From Candidatus Eiseniibacteriota bacterium (GTDB lineage Bacteria; Eisenbacteria; RBG-16-71-46), in assembly GCA_036505355.1 (NCBI GenBank), contig DASXTP010000085.1, positions 1,463-65,462 of the forward strand: a stretch of DNA of 64,000 nucleotides. Reading direction: 5' to 3'. Below are positions 7,752 to 18,137 of the stretch, one piece after another. The notes below the pieces were generated by a model, which was not told the DNA's origin, did no database searches, and saw nothing but the letters and a program-made list of their open reading frames with translations. Within the stretch, counting starts at the first letter, position 1. Each line of letters starts with the position of its first letter. Both the position numbers and the translations under genes were made by a program.

Positions 7752-10407
7752 CTAGCGCCGCGACGCTCCCGGGAGCCCGTCGAGCACCACGGTGATCGAC
7801 TGCGTCGGATCCTTCCCGGCCGGGAGCAGGGCGAGCAAACGCTTGCCAGAGTGCGCGAGGACCAGCCCTCGCTGATCTTTGGGCAGCGTGACGCCCACGC
7901 GCGGCGGGCCGAGACGGAACTCGCTGCCGCCGTGGACATCGGCTTCGAACCCGTGGGTCGGGTCGGAGCTCAGCCCGTAGTAGAGTTGCCGGCCGTCTAT
8001 GCTCCAACCGTAGTTCGTCCCGCCTCCGGTCGTGACCTGGTACTTGCCGCCGGGAACCGGCAACGACTGAACGTAGACCTCGTACTGGCCGGATTCGTCG
8101 GAGATATGAAATCCACCGGCCGTCGGGCGAGATCTCGGCACCGGACTCGTTGAAGCGCGTCTTCAGATACGGACGGGGCTTGCGTTCGCGATCCAGCGGG
8201 AGCACCCAGAGGTCCCACTGGGTCGCCGGATCCAGTCGCGAGTAGAGGATGCTGCGCCGGTCGGGCGTCCAGCCATGAAATCGCTTGAAGAGCGGGTCGG
8301 AGTCCAGGAACGACGAGATCGTATCCCCGACGAGCGATTTGATCTTCACCACCTGCGGTGAATTGTTGTTCCACTCGTAGGCGATGCGCGTTCCGTCCGG
8401 GGACCAGACCGGCACCTCGTTCGTGCCCGGCTCGTCGGTGAAGCGGGTGGCCACGCCGCGCTCCAGGTCGACGATCCAGATGTCGGATGCGTCCGCCGAC
8501 TCGACTCGCTGGAGCGCGACGCGCCGGTCGTCCGGCGCGAGGGAACCCATGACGTAGGGCCCGGGGGAGAACGGAATGGGCGCGATCTCCCGGCCAGTGA
8601 AATCGACCCAGGCCAGCCGCTGGTTCGTCACCTGCAACGGGGCGTAGGCGACCGAGCCCGCCAGCGAAGCCGAGGCGATCGGGCCACCCCCGCGGCCCGT
8701 CCCAGAGACGATATCGCCCAACGATAGCGGCTCACCGCGCAGCCTGAGTGCCTCGGCGTCGAACCCTTGGGCGATCAGCTTGCCTTCGCGGGCGAACAGC
8801 AGGTTGCCGGGCGGCGCCCACGTGACGCCGCTGCCCGCGGACAGCAGCAGCCGGCGCTTTGGCGAATCGAGCGACCCGAGGTACGTGTCGAACTTCCCTG
8901 AACGCGCCGGAAGTGCCACGAACACGAAGTGCCGGCCGTCGGGCAGGAATTGCGGAAAACGATGCGCCGTCTCGCCGCGGGTCGAATCGAGCGTGGTCAC
9001 CGGCTGTGGCTCGCCGCCGCCGGCCGGAACGCGATAGATGCATCCGTTCGAGTTGGGGGCGATGAGGATCACGCCATCCCGGCTCCAGCTGCCGCCGCGT
9101 ATCGTCTTGATGGGACAGACGATTTCCGCGTCCCCACCGGCAACCGCAATCCTCTTCAGCTTCTCCTGGCTGGCGAAGGCGATCTGGCGGCTGTCCGGAG
9201 ACCAGAAGACCAAGATGTCCGTCTGGTTGGTGCCGGCAATCGGCCTGGCCACCGTGGATTCGAGCTTTCTCAGCCAGATGCGCGAGTCCCCGGTCGAGTC
9301 GTACGCGACGAAGGCCAGCGAGCGACCGTCGGGGGAATCGCGGGTGAGGCCCCGTCGGTCTCCAGGAATACGCCTTCGGGCTGGGCAATCGCGAAGCGTG
9401 TAGGCTGCGCCTTTGTGGGGCCGCGCAACGCGCGCGGCGCGAACCACGCCACCGCGGCTGCGAGCAGCGCGACGGCCACGAGGCGCCCCCACTCGAACCG
9501 CCGGCGGGAGCCCGTGGCCGCGCCGGACACGGCGATCGAGGAGCTGGACGCCCGCACCGACTGCACGTCCTCGATCTCCATGCGGGCATCGCCGATGTCC
9601 CGGAGCCGTCGTCGCGCGTCCTTCTCGAGGCAGTGGCGCAGCAGCCCGCACCCGCTCGGGTGTGCGGGCGGGGAGCGCCGCCCACTCCGGCTCGCCCTGG
9701 AGGATGCGCGCGATCGTGTCCGACACGGTCTCGCCAGCGAACGCCTGCCGGCCGGTGAGGCACTCGTAGAACAGGCAGCCGAACGCCCAGATGTCGGCGC
9801 GCTTGTCCACCGCCTTGCCACGCGCCTGCTCGGGGCTCATGTAGGCCGCCGTGCCGAGGATCACGCCTGCCCCGGTCGCCGCACGGGTCAGTGTGGGCGA
9901 GTGGGAAAGATCGGACGCCAACTCCGAACCGGCGGCGGCGGCGCCCTTGGCGAGCCCGAAATCCAGCACCTTGACCTCGCCGGCCGGCGTGACCTTGATG
10001 TTCCCGGGCTTCAAGTCGCGGTGCCCCACGCCGCCCTCGTGGGCGGTTTCGAGCGCCGCGGCCACCTGGCGGCAGAAATCCAGCGTCTCATCGAGCGAGA
10101 GCGGTCCCCGCGCGATCCGCTCCGCCAGCGTGTCGCCCTCGACGTACTCGAGGGCCAGGTAGCGACGACCGTCCGCCTCCTCGATCCCGTAGATGCCGGC
10201 GATGTTGGGGTGGTTGAGCGACGCCACCAGACGCGCTTCGCGCTCGAAGCGACCGAGCCGCTCGGGATCGCGCGCGAACGCCTCGGGGAGCACCTTGATG
10301 GCGACCCGGCGGTCGAGTCGCGTGTCGCGTCCCAGGTAGACCACGCCCATGCCGCCGCGGCCGATCTCGCGCTCGATCGGATAGGGCCCGATCCGTTCAG
10401 GCGTCAT
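7752..10407 (-). pseudogene. Ser/Thr protein kinase - TM - TolB-like (PD40) beta-propeller protein, interrupted by three single-nucleotide frameshifts (or sequence errors)
   Basis: The Hanks kinase domain (GRGGMGVVY, HRDLKPGN, DFGLAK, SPEQ) reads in the frame of ORF 7093..10407. The canonical continuation LLRHCLEKDARRRLRDIGDARMEIE, the TM helix and RFAIAQPEGV lie in the frame of ORF 9270..9821. SPDGRSLAFVAY and the PD40 repeats return to the first frame. The C-terminal end ISDESGQYEVYVQSLPVPGGKYQVTTGGG... lies in the frame of ORF 7752..8141, which gives the true stop at 7752. The shifts are near 9645-9650, 9331-9338 and 8101-8108. Confidence 0.8.
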
Positions 10408-10601
10408 GCGAGTGGCTCAACGGAGTCTTCGGTTGGTGTCGGCATGCGATCTCCCTTGAATGGACTCTGTGGAGTTCCCTGCAACGGACGCGATGCCGCT
10501 CGGCGTCAAAAGCGAGCGGCCAGTTCACTTGCTAACAACAGGCCCCGAACCGCAGGCGGGCCACCTGAGGATACCCGCCTCCGACCGGCTGGCGCCCCGC
10601 C

Positions 10602-11537
10602 TCACCCCTCGGCCTTGAGTCCGCCACCCACCCGCTGGTGAGCGCGCTCGCTTTCCAGCGCCGGCTCGACGTGAACGATGACGTCGGTCAGGCCCGGCCA
10701 GCGGACCCTCAGGCGGCGCTCGACGCGATGGCCGAGGGCATGGGCCTCGGCCAACGGGGTCGCCGGGTCCACCAGGATGTGCAGGTCGAGGTGGATGTCG
10801 TCGTCGGGACCGCGCGAGCGCACGTTGTGCACCTCGAGCACGCCAGGCTCTTGCAGAGCCGCCGTCTCGACCTCGCCGGGCGGCAGCCGGCGCTCGTCCG
10901 ACAAGGTCGAGAGCGTGGACTGCAAGATGCGGATCCCCGCGCGCAGGATCAAGCCGACGATGAAGGTGGCGGCGATCAGGTCGGCCCACATCCAGCCGGC
11001 GCGGATCATCAGGAAGCTCCCCAGCACCAGCAGGCTCGCCAGCACGTCGCTGCCGGTGTGGGCCGCGTCCGACAGCAGCAGCTCGCTCTTCAGCCGCTTG
11101 CCTTCGCGGCCCTCGTAGATCACCACCATCAGGTTGACGGCGAGCGTCAAGCCCAGGACCACGAACCCGAGGCCGGTGATCTCGGGGAGCTTGGGCTCGC
11201 GCAGGCGACCGACCGAGGCGGTCACGATCCCATAGCAGCCGGCGAACAACATCACCGCCACCCCGAGCGCGGCGAAGGTCTCGTACTTGCGATGCCCGTA
11301 CGGGTGGTTGCTGTCGGGCGGTCGTCGGGCCACCGCGATGCCGGCGAGCCCGATCACGTTCGACGCGGCGTCGAGCAGCGAATGCACGCCGTCGGCACCG
11401 ATGGCGATCGCCCCGGAGCGATAGCCGTAGAGGAGCTTGGCCAGCGCCACGATCAGATTGAGCCCGAGGATCAGCCACAGCACGCGGCTGATGCCGGCAA
11501 GCCTCGAGGCAGCGGGATCGCGGAGGTCCACGGGCAC
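10602..11537 (-). CDS. cation diffusion facilitator (CDF) family divalent-metal transporter
   Basis: 311 aa. It has CDF signatures (HSLLDAASNVIGL, HPYGHRKYETF, six TM segments and a C-terminal cytoplasmic domain). Confidence 0.9.
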   Translation of the reverse strand: MPVDLRDPAASRLAGISRVLWLILGLNLIVALAKLLYGYRSGAIAIGADGVHSLLDAASNVIGLAGIAVARRPPDSNHPYGHRKYETFAALGVAVMLFAGCYGIVTASVGRLREPKLPEITGLGFVVLGLTLAVNLMVVIYEGREGKRLKSELLLSDAAHTGSDVLASLLVLGSFLMIRAGWMWADLIAATFIVGLILRAGIRILQSTLSTLSDERRLPPGEVETAALQEPGVLEVHNVRSRGPDDDIHLDLHILVDPATPLAEAHALGHRVERRLRVRWPGLTDVIVHVEPALESERAHQRVGGGLKAEG

Positions 11538-11827
11538 CAGTGTACAGGACCGCGAGACTCACCACGCACCGCCGGAGCCAGCGCGGCTCGGGCGCGACGC
11601 TGGCGCTCGGCAGGCGCGGCGGCTGTCGGGCTGTCAGGGTCGGCGTCTGTCGGCGGCCGAGGAGGCCGCCCGCGATGCGGGCCCGGCAGCAAGCTCTCGC
11701 CCGTGCACCGGTTGCGCGCACCAAAGGTCGGTGCCGCGGCCGCATTTGCTGGCATGGCGATTGCGGCGCGATGTTCGATGCGCGGTGCGCGCGTCTTGGC
11801 GCTGGCACCGGCGGGCGCGGAGCGATC

Positions 11828-12481
11828 ATGGCTACGACCTTGCAATCGTTCGGCAGCGAGAGAGCAGTGCCCGAAGGCCGGCTCTATCGCTTGCGCGACC
11901 GCGCCCCGGTGCTGCTGCGTCCGATCCGACCCGAGGACAAGGGGCGGCTCATGGAAGGCTTTGAGCGGCTGTCCCCCGAGTCCCGCTACCAGCGGTTCAT
12001 GGCCGCGGTCGCCGGGCTCTCGGAATCCCAGCTTCGCAGGTTCACCGAGATCGATTATGCGGACCACATGGCCTGGATCGCGCTCGACCCGTCCACTCCC
12101 GACCAACCCGCGGTCGGGGTGGCGCGCTACATCCGGCTCCCGGGGCAGCCGGCGGTCGCCGAGGTCGCGGTCACGGTGCTCGACGACTACCAGGGTCGAG
12201 GTCTCGGAACGTTGCTGCTCGGCCTGGTCAGTCGGTCCGCCGCGCAACAGGGGATCGCCACCTTCCGCGCCTACGCGCTGGAAACCAACTCCGCCATGAT
12301 TCGCATCCTACGCGACCTCGGCGCGGCGGTCCGACGCGAGGACACCGGCGTGCTCCGGCTCGACGTGCCCGTGCCGCGTGACGTAGGCTCGCTTCCGGAT
12401 TCGCCCACCGGGCGGGCGTTCCAGGCGATCGCCCGCAGCTCGTGGGCGGTGGATGAGCCCATCGGGGGGAGGACGCCGTGA
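11828..12481 (+). CDS. GNAT-family N-acetyltransferase (Pat-type protein acetyltransferase-like domain)
   Basis: Internal ATG at 11828 (MATTLQSF...) of ORF 11540..12481. It carries LLRPIRPEDKGRLMEGFERLSPESRYQRF and an acetyl-CoA-binding motif, DDYQGRGLGTLLL. Confidence 0.8.
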   Translation: MATTLQSFGSERAVPEGRLYRLRDRAPVLLRPIRPEDKGRLMEGFERLSPESRYQRFMAAVAGLSESQLRRFTEIDYADHMAWIALDPSTPDQPAVGVARYIRLPGQPAVAEVAVTVLDDYQGRGLGTLLLGLVSRSAAQQGIATFRAYALETNSAMIRILRDLGAAVRREDTGVLRLDVPVPRDVGSLPDSPTGRAFQAIARSSWAVDEPIGGRTP

Positions 12482-12957
12482 AGATCCTCGCCGGCGTGGA
12501 TGATTCCGCGAACTCGCGGGCGGCGCTCGACTTCATCCGCCGAGCTGCGTGGCCGGCCGGCACCGAGGTCATCGTGCTCTCGGTGGCCGTTCCGCAAGTC
12601 GCCGCCTACTCGATGATGGACGCCGGAGCGGCGAGCTACCTGAAAGAGATCCAGGATGCCCTGGTTCGCCGGCACGAAGAGCTCGCGGCTCGCGCCGAGC
12701 ACGAACTCCGCCAGGCCGGCGTGTCGGCCCGGGCGCAGGTCGCCCAGGGGGACCCCCGCGACGTGCTGGTGCGCGCCGCCGAGGCCGAACGAGCCGACCT
12801 GTTGGTGGTGGGCTCGCACGGACGGTCGGGGCTCGCCAAGCTGCTCATGGGAAGCGTCGCCAACCACGTCGTCACCCACGCGCCGTGCAGCGTGCTGGTG
12901 GTGAAGATTCCGCCCGCCCAAGAACCCGCACGAGAATCGGGGGGAGAACGATCGTGA
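12478..12957 (+). CDS. universal stress protein (UspA family)
   Basis: 159 aa with the ATP-binding USP motif VVGSHGRSGLAKLLMGSVANHVVTHAPCSVLVV. The GTG start overlaps the GNAT stop as GTGA (12478-12481). Confidence 0.9.
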   Translation: MKILAGVDDSANSRAALDFIRRAAWPAGTEVIVLSVAVPQVAAYSMMDAGAASYLKEIQDALVRRHEELAARAEHELRQAGVSARAQVAQGDPRDVLVRAAEAERADLLVVGSHGRSGLAKLLMGSVANHVVTHAPCSVLVVKIPPAQEPARESGGERS

Positions 12958-13454
12958 TTCGGACCATCATGGCAAGCCTGGCGGCCGCGATCGCGTTCGC
13001 GTCCTGCGCGACGGTGCCCGCGGCGATTCCGGTTTCGGGCCCGCGAGGGGACTTGGCCCAGCTCGCCGGGCAATGGAGCGGTGAATACCACAGCACGTCG
13101 ACCGGTCGTCAGGGCAGTATCCTGTTCCAGCTCGCGGCCGACGCCGACACCGCGCACGGCGACGTGCTGATGTTCCCGACTCTGTCGGTCCACGGCGGCA
13201 GGCCCGGAGACGAACGAACCACGTCGCGCGATCGGTTGCCGCAGAATCTGACCATCAGCTTCGTGCGGGCGGCCGAGGGCCAGGTCATGGGCAAGCTCGA
13301 TCCCTACCGCGATCCCGAGTGCGACTGCCTGTTGAACACGACCTTCGAAGGTCGGATCGTCCGTGACCGGATCACCGGCACCTACACGTCGATCCGGCTC
13401 TCCGACGGATCCGCGCAACAGGGCGAGTGGAGCGTGAAGCGCCGGAGCGACTGA
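12954..13454 (+). CDS. hypothetical lipoprotein
   Basis: In frame with ORF 12549..13454. The GTG at 12954 overlaps the USP stop as GTGA (an alternative ATG lies at 12969). The signal sequence is MASLAAAIAFASC. The family is not recognised. Confidence 0.6.
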   Translation: MIRTIMASLAAAIAFASCATVPAAIPVSGPRGDLAQLAGQWSGEYHSTSTGRQGSILFQLAADADTAHGDVLMFPTLSVHGGRPGDERTTSRDRLPQNLTISFVRAAEGQVMGKLDPYRDPECDCLLNTTFEGRIVRDRITGTYTSIRLSDGSAQQGEWSVKRRSD

Positions 13455-13744
13455 GACACTGCCGGCTGCCTGAACCGAAGGGGGCGCCTGGCGGCGAAAG
13501 CGGTCGACGCGCGACGCGGCCCGGCTGTCATTTGGTCAGAGCCTGCCAGGATGGCGGGGGAGGCTCCCGTTCGGAGGCCCGCGCAGGACGGCCGAGCCTA
13601 GCGGAGCGACCTCTCGCAAGCCCTGGGCTCCCGATTTCTGACGAGTCCCTGACGAGAATCGGCCTGGGCGCCGCTCTCCAGACGCGGCACGGACCATGCG
13701 TGGTCAAGCACTGAACGGCCCATAGCCGGGCCGGGGCAGGAGCC

Positions 13745-14668
13745 ATGGCATCCACTCGACAGCCGTGGGCGATCGTGCTCGCCGGCGGGGAAGGCTCCCG
13801 TGTCCGAGGGCTGACCCGCGATGCCGGCGGGTGGTCGGTACCCAAGCAGTTCTGGCGCTTTGGGCACGAGCCGTCCCTGCTCGAGCGCACGCTCCGCAGG
13901 GCGCAGTGCCTGACGCCGCTCGATCGCGTGGTTCCGGTGGTGGCCGAGCACCACCGGCGCTGGTGGCGCTCGCAGCTCCGCCACCTTCCGGCCGGCAACG
14001 TGGTGGTGCAGTCGGTCAGCCGCGGCACCGCGACCGGGCTGCTCGCTCCGCTCCTCCAGGTCTTCTGGCGCGAGTTCGACGCGCTGGTGATGGTCCTGCC
14101 GTCGGACCATCACGCCCGCGACGAGCGACCGCTCGAGGATGCGCTCCACCGCGCGATCCAGGCCGCCTCGAACTGGCCCGGGTCGGTGATGCTGCTCGGC
14201 ATCGAGCCCGACGCACCGGATCCCGACTATGGCTGGGTGCTCCCCGGCCCGGGGCGCGGGGCCGTGCCCATCACCCGCTTCGTCGAGAAACCGCCGGTCG
14301 CCACCGCCGCCGATCTGATGCGCCGCGGCGCGCTGTGGAACAGCTTCATGCTGGTGGCCACGGCGCGCTCGCTGCTCGGCCTCTACGAGGCGGCCCAGCC
14401 CGAGCTGCTCGCGGCGTCCGTCGATTACCTGCGAGCCCACGGCTGGCAGCCCGAGCGGCTTCCGGGCCTCGAGCGCACGCTGCCGTTTCGGGACTTCTCG
14501 CGCGACGTCCTGGAGCACGTGCCGGAGCGCCTGCGCGTGCTGCGGGTTCCCCCCTGTGGATGGACGGACCTCGGCACCCCGCCCCGTCTCGCGGCCTGGA
14601 TGACGGGGCAACGCGCCATGGCCGCGTCGTCCGCCGAGCCCGCCGCGACCCTGGCGCGTTCGGCCTGA
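13745..14668 (+). CDS. sugar-phosphate nucleotidyltransferase (mannose-1-phosphate guanylyltransferase-like)
   Basis: 307 aa. The N-terminal motif WAIVLAGGEGSRVRGLT...PKQF and the later LPSDHH and GIEPDAPDPDYGW motifs are typical of the NTP-transferase family. Confidence 0.7.
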   Translation: MASTRQPWAIVLAGGEGSRVRGLTRDAGGWSVPKQFWRFGHEPSLLERTLRRAQCLTPLDRVVPVVAEHHRRWWRSQLRHLPAGNVVVQSVSRGTATGLLAPLLQVFWREFDALVMVLPSDHHARDERPLEDALHRAIQAASNWPGSVMLLGIEPDAPDPDYGWVLPGPGRGAVPITRFVEKPPVATAADLMRRGALWNSFMLVATARSLLGLYEAAQPELLAASVDYLRAHGWQPERLPGLERTLPFRDFSRDVLEHVPERLRVLRVPPCGWTDLGTPPRLAAWMTGQRAMAASSAEPAATLARSA

Positions 14669-14844
14669 TCCGGGGCCGAGAATCGAGACCGCACGAAACG
14701 CTTGACGTGACCCCCTGGTCTCGATAACCGTCTCCGCGCCACCATCAGGGTCCCCCAGGATCCAAGCGACATCGCCGTCTTCCCAACTCGGTCGGAGCGC
14801 GGCCGTGAGACGCCACGGTGCTCCCGAACCGGAGGAGCGCGCCC

Positions 14845-15768
14845 ATGATGAGCCGCGGTGTGGTGTTCTCTCTCGCCTTGCTCGCCGCCTCGCTGTCGAT
14901 GCTGGTCATGGCCCGGCCGCCGTCCTCGCAGTCGGCGCCCCACGCCGTCGGCTCGGAGGCGTGCAAGGACTGCCACCAGGACCAGTGGCAGGCCTTCCAG
15001 CACAACCCCCATGCCCGGGCCGAGATGGACCAGGCGGTGGTGGCCGACCAGGTCGGCTGCGAGTCGTGCCACGGCCCCGGATCGGCTCACGTCGAGGCGG
15101 GAGGCGACCGCTCGGACCCGGGGTTCGCCTCGATCCGCAACTTCAAGACCCTCTCCGCCAAGGACGCCAGCGAGGTGTGCGCGTCCTGCCACAAGGCCGG
15201 CGAGCAGTTCTACTGGGAACACAGCAGCCACGCGCGCAACGACGTCTCGTGCGTCCAGTGCCACAGCATCCACCATGCGAAGAACGAGGGAGCCGGCCCG
15301 ATGCTGACGGCAAGCGACGTCAACCACCTGTGCATCACCTGCCACAAGGACAAGCGTGCCGCGCTGGCGCGCTCGGCGCACATGCCGCTCCGCGAAGGAA
15401 GCATGACCTGCGTGGACTGCCACAATCCGCATGGCGCGCCGGCGGCGCGCATGATCCGGGCCGCGACCGTCAACGAGCTGTGCTACAAGTGCCACGCGGA
15501 CAAGCGTGGGCCGTTCCTGTGGGAGCACCCGCCGGTGCGCGAGAACTGTCTCAACTGTCACCAACCACATGGCTCGAACAACGACAAGGTGCTGGCGGGC
15601 AAGCGACCGTATCTGTGCCAGCGCTGCCACGTCGGGACCCGGCATCCGAGCACCCTCTACGACAAGCCCGACCTGCTCGCGAACCGGCTGTTCAACCGCT
15701 CCTGCACCAACTGTCACAGCCAGATCCACGGGTCGAACCACCCGTCGGGCAAGTACTTCCACCGATAG
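14845..15768 (+). CDS. mtrA: periplasmic decaheme c-type cytochrome, MtrA/DmsE (MtoA/PioA) family
   Basis: Ten CXXCH motifs counted: CKDCH, CESCH, CASCH, CVQCH, CITCH, CVDCH, CYKCH, CLNCH, CQRCH and CTNCH. It has a signal peptide and a C-terminus (CTNCHSQIHGSNHPSGKYFHR) typical of the family. I chose the ATG at 14845 because GGAGGA lies 8 nt upstream. Confidence 0.9.
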   Translation: MMSRGVVFSLALLAASLSMLVMARPPSSQSAPHAVGSEACKDCHQDQWQAFQHNPHARAEMDQAVVADQVGCESCHGPGSAHVEAGGDRSDPGFASIRNFKTLSAKDASEVCASCHKAGEQFYWEHSSHARNDVSCVQCHSIHHAKNEGAGPMLTASDVNHLCITCHKDKRAALARSAHMPLREGSMTCVDCHNPHGAPAARMIRAATVNELCYKCHADKRGPFLWEHPPVRENCLNCHQPHGSNNDKVLAGKRPYLCQRCHVGTRHPSTLYDKPDLLANRLFNRSCTNCHSQIHGSNHPSGKYFHR

Positions 15769-15772
15769 GAGG

Positions 15773-17986
15773 ATGCTCATGACGACCCTGAGACTTGCAG
15801 TCGCGACGGCGCTCGCGTGCGGCATGGTCGTGAGCGCGTTCTGTCCGGTGGCGCGGGCCGGCGAGGGCGAGGTCTCCTTCGGCTCCCAGTGGTGGGATCA
15901 GACGGTCCGGGACGCCAAGTACGACGAGTTCAGCCAAGTGCCGCGGGGGGGCTTCCTCGAGTCGTTCGTGCTGCGCGAATGGTCGGGGCGAAACAGCCTG
16001 GCGCTGTGGGGCGCCAACGGGCTGCGCAGCGACCAGGCCTCGAAGCTCACCTGGGCGAACGGTGCGCGCTGGCGCGTGGATCTCGGCTACACGCAGATTC
16101 CCCACCAGTTCAGCCATACCGCGCGCTGGGGATGGACCCAGACCGCCCCGGGCGTTTTTACGCTGCCGGACACACTGCAGGCGCGGAACCAGGCCCTCCC
16201 GACCAGCTACACGCCGCGGATGGCGGACTTCCTGGCCGACGCGCCGACCATCAAGCTCGGATTCGACACCCACATCTCGAATGCCCGGTTGCGGGCGCGA
16301 CCAGCGAGGGGCTGGCAGTTCGAGGCCCGAGGCACCATGCGCGAGCGGTCGGGACAGAAGCCCTATGCCCTGGATTTCGGCTTCAGCACCGCTCTCGAGA
16401 ACCCCGAGCCGATCAACCAGCGCATGGTGGACGCGGACTTGATCGCCAGCTACCAGCGCAGCCGGTTGAGAGCCCAGGCGAGCGTGGGGCTTTCCACCTT
16501 CGACAACGCGATCAGCACGCTGATCGTGGACAACCCCAAGCGGAATTTCGACACCAAGGGTGGCGACGGGCCGAGGGTGGGGCAACTCGACCTCTACCCG
16601 GACAACCAGGTGGTGCGCGGCTCGCTGGCTCTCTCCTACCTGCTGCCGAAGCGCACCGCGATCGCGGCCACGCTCGGCATCGCTCAGGGGAAGCAGGACG
16701 ACGACTTCCTGCCGTTCACGACCAACACCCTGGTGGACACCATAGGAGGAGACCTCAGTACCATAGGCAACAAGACGACCCTCGACTCGCTCGCGGCGCG
16801 GAGACTGGACGGGAAGACCACCCAGCTCAACGGGGACGTCCGGCTCACCACCAGCCCGGTGCGGGGTCTCGATGGAACCCTGCGGTTCCACTACACCGAC
16901 TACGACGACCGCACCGAGGAGCGGAACTGGATCGGCCAGACGCCCTACGACGTGACGTGGCAGCGTTTCATCGAGCTCGAGAGCGGGCCACACGGCAACA
17001 CGCAATGGCAGGGCGGGGTCGACGCGGACTACGCTTTCGCCTCGCAGTTCAGGCTGGGGGTCATCGCCGAGTATCGCTCGCGGGAGCGCGAGGAGCGTGA
17101 GGTAGAGAAGGACCACGAGACGGTGCTGGGCGGCCGCACGCGACTGCGCCCATGGGATGGGTTCGAAGTCTCGGGCCGCTACACGCATGGCGACCGTAAG
17201 CTGGACGAGTTCCTGGGCGAGGACTACATCGGTTTACGCACCCGCTTCGACCCGACGGCCCCCGGGCTCTACGACTCCCTGGGACAGCTCGAGCAACCCG
17301 ACCTGCGGCGGTTCGACGTCGCGAACCGCGTCCAGGATCTGGCCACGGTGGGCGCGTCCTACGCCTTCGGCGAACGCCTGGACCTGTCGGCGAGCTACGA
17401 CTACCTCAAGAACGATTACAAGGACACGAAGTTCGGCCTTCAGGACGAGACGCAACACACGGCAGCCGCCAACGCGACCTGGCACTTCAATGACCAGGTC
17501 GACCTCGACTGGGGAGGCGGCTACAGCGAGACCGAGACCAACCAGGCGTCGCGACAATCGGGCTCGTCGATCCCCTCCACCTCGTCCCTCGACGACTGGG
17601 GCGCCGACTTGAAGGACCGGGACGGCTTCGCGGCCGCAGGGTTCGAGTGGACTCCCAAGGGAAGGATCTCGCTCTCGGGCAGGTACCAGCTGAGCGTGCA
17701 CGACGCGAAGTTCGATCTGAGCAATGCCACGAGCACCGCACAGGACCTCCCGACGACGATCTACCGTCGACACGAATCGCTCTTGGACGCGAGCTGGCGA
17801 TGGCTCGAGAGCACGACCGTCGTGGGGCGCTGGGGCTGGGAGGAGTACGACGTCGACGACTGGGCTACCAACGACGTGCCGCTCATCTTCCCGGTCACCG
17901 GCACCGCGACGGCGATCTTCCTGGGGGACAGCGCCCGCAGCTACAAAGCGCACCGAGTCGCCCTGCTGGTGAAGCACCGCTTCTGA
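15773..17986 (+). CDS. mtrB: MtrB/PioB-family decaheme-associated outer-membrane beta-barrel protein
   Basis: ATG at 15773 directly after AGGAGG, 4 nt downstream of the mtrA stop. About 737 aa with a signal peptide, an alternating beta-strand pattern rich in Y/W/D/G, and a C-terminal ...LLVKHRF. It follows the decaheme gene as in mtrAB, pioAB and mtoAB. Confidence 0.85.
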   Translation: MLMTTLRLAVATALACGMVVSAFCPVARAGEGEVSFGSQWWDQTVRDAKYDEFSQVPRGGFLESFVLREWSGRNSLALWGANGLRSDQASKLTWANGARWRVDLGYTQIPHQFSHTARWGWTQTAPGVFTLPDTLQARNQALPTSYTPRMADFLADAPTIKLGFDTHISNARLRARPARGWQFEARGTMRERSGQKPYALDFGFSTALENPEPINQRMVDADLIASYQRSRLRAQASVGLSTFDNAISTLIVDNPKRNFDTKGGDGPRVGQLDLYPDNQVVRGSLALSYLLPKRTAIAATLGIAQGKQDDDFLPFTTNTLVDTIGGDLSTIGNKTTLDSLAARRLDGKTTQLNGDVRLTTSPVRGLDGTLRFHYTDYDDRTEERNWIGQTPYDVTWQRFIELESGPHGNTQWQGGVDADYAFASQFRLGVIAEYRSREREEREVEKDHETVLGGRTRLRPWDGFEVSGRYTHGDRKLDEFLGEDYIGLRTRFDPTAPGLYDSLGQLEQPDLRRFDVANRVQDLATVGASYAFGERLDLSASYDYLKNDYKDTKFGLQDETQHTAAANATWHFNDQVDLDWGGGYSETETNQASRQSGSSIPSTSSLDDWGADLKDRDGFAAAGFEWTPKGRISLSGRYQLSVHDAKFDLSNATSTAQDLPTTIYRRHESLLDASWRWLESTTVVGRWGWEEYDVDDWATNDVPLIFPVTGTATAIFLGDSARSYKAHRVALLVKHRF

Positions 17987-18137
17987 GGGAGGCCGATGGA
18001 GGCTCCACCCGGAGCCGGGGGCCGGAGGGAACCTCCGGCCCCGGTCTCCGAGACATCGAGGCTGGATACTCCCATTGCCGCCGCCGGCCTAGTCATCTTG
18101 ACGCTGGACCGAGCAAAGGGGGAGGATGGGCCCTGTG

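Noticed and set aside
7093-10407. A single 1104-aa ORF in the track, suggesting one giant kinase protein.
   Set aside because: Recognisable conserved segments lie in two different frames (ORFs 9270..9821 and 7752..8141), and the true C-terminus ends at 7752. The long ORF exists only because the high GC content leaves the wrong frame free of stops. It also fuses an unrelated downstream gene.
14669-14844. A sigma-54 promoter upstream of mtrA, which would complete the regulon idea.
   Set aside because: I scanned this interval by eye, and no GG-N10-GC element with a TGGCA-like -24 box is present. Only a weak sigma-70-like TTGACG (14702-14707) occurs, without a credible -10. I therefore do not claim that the Mtr genes are in the sigma-54 regulon.
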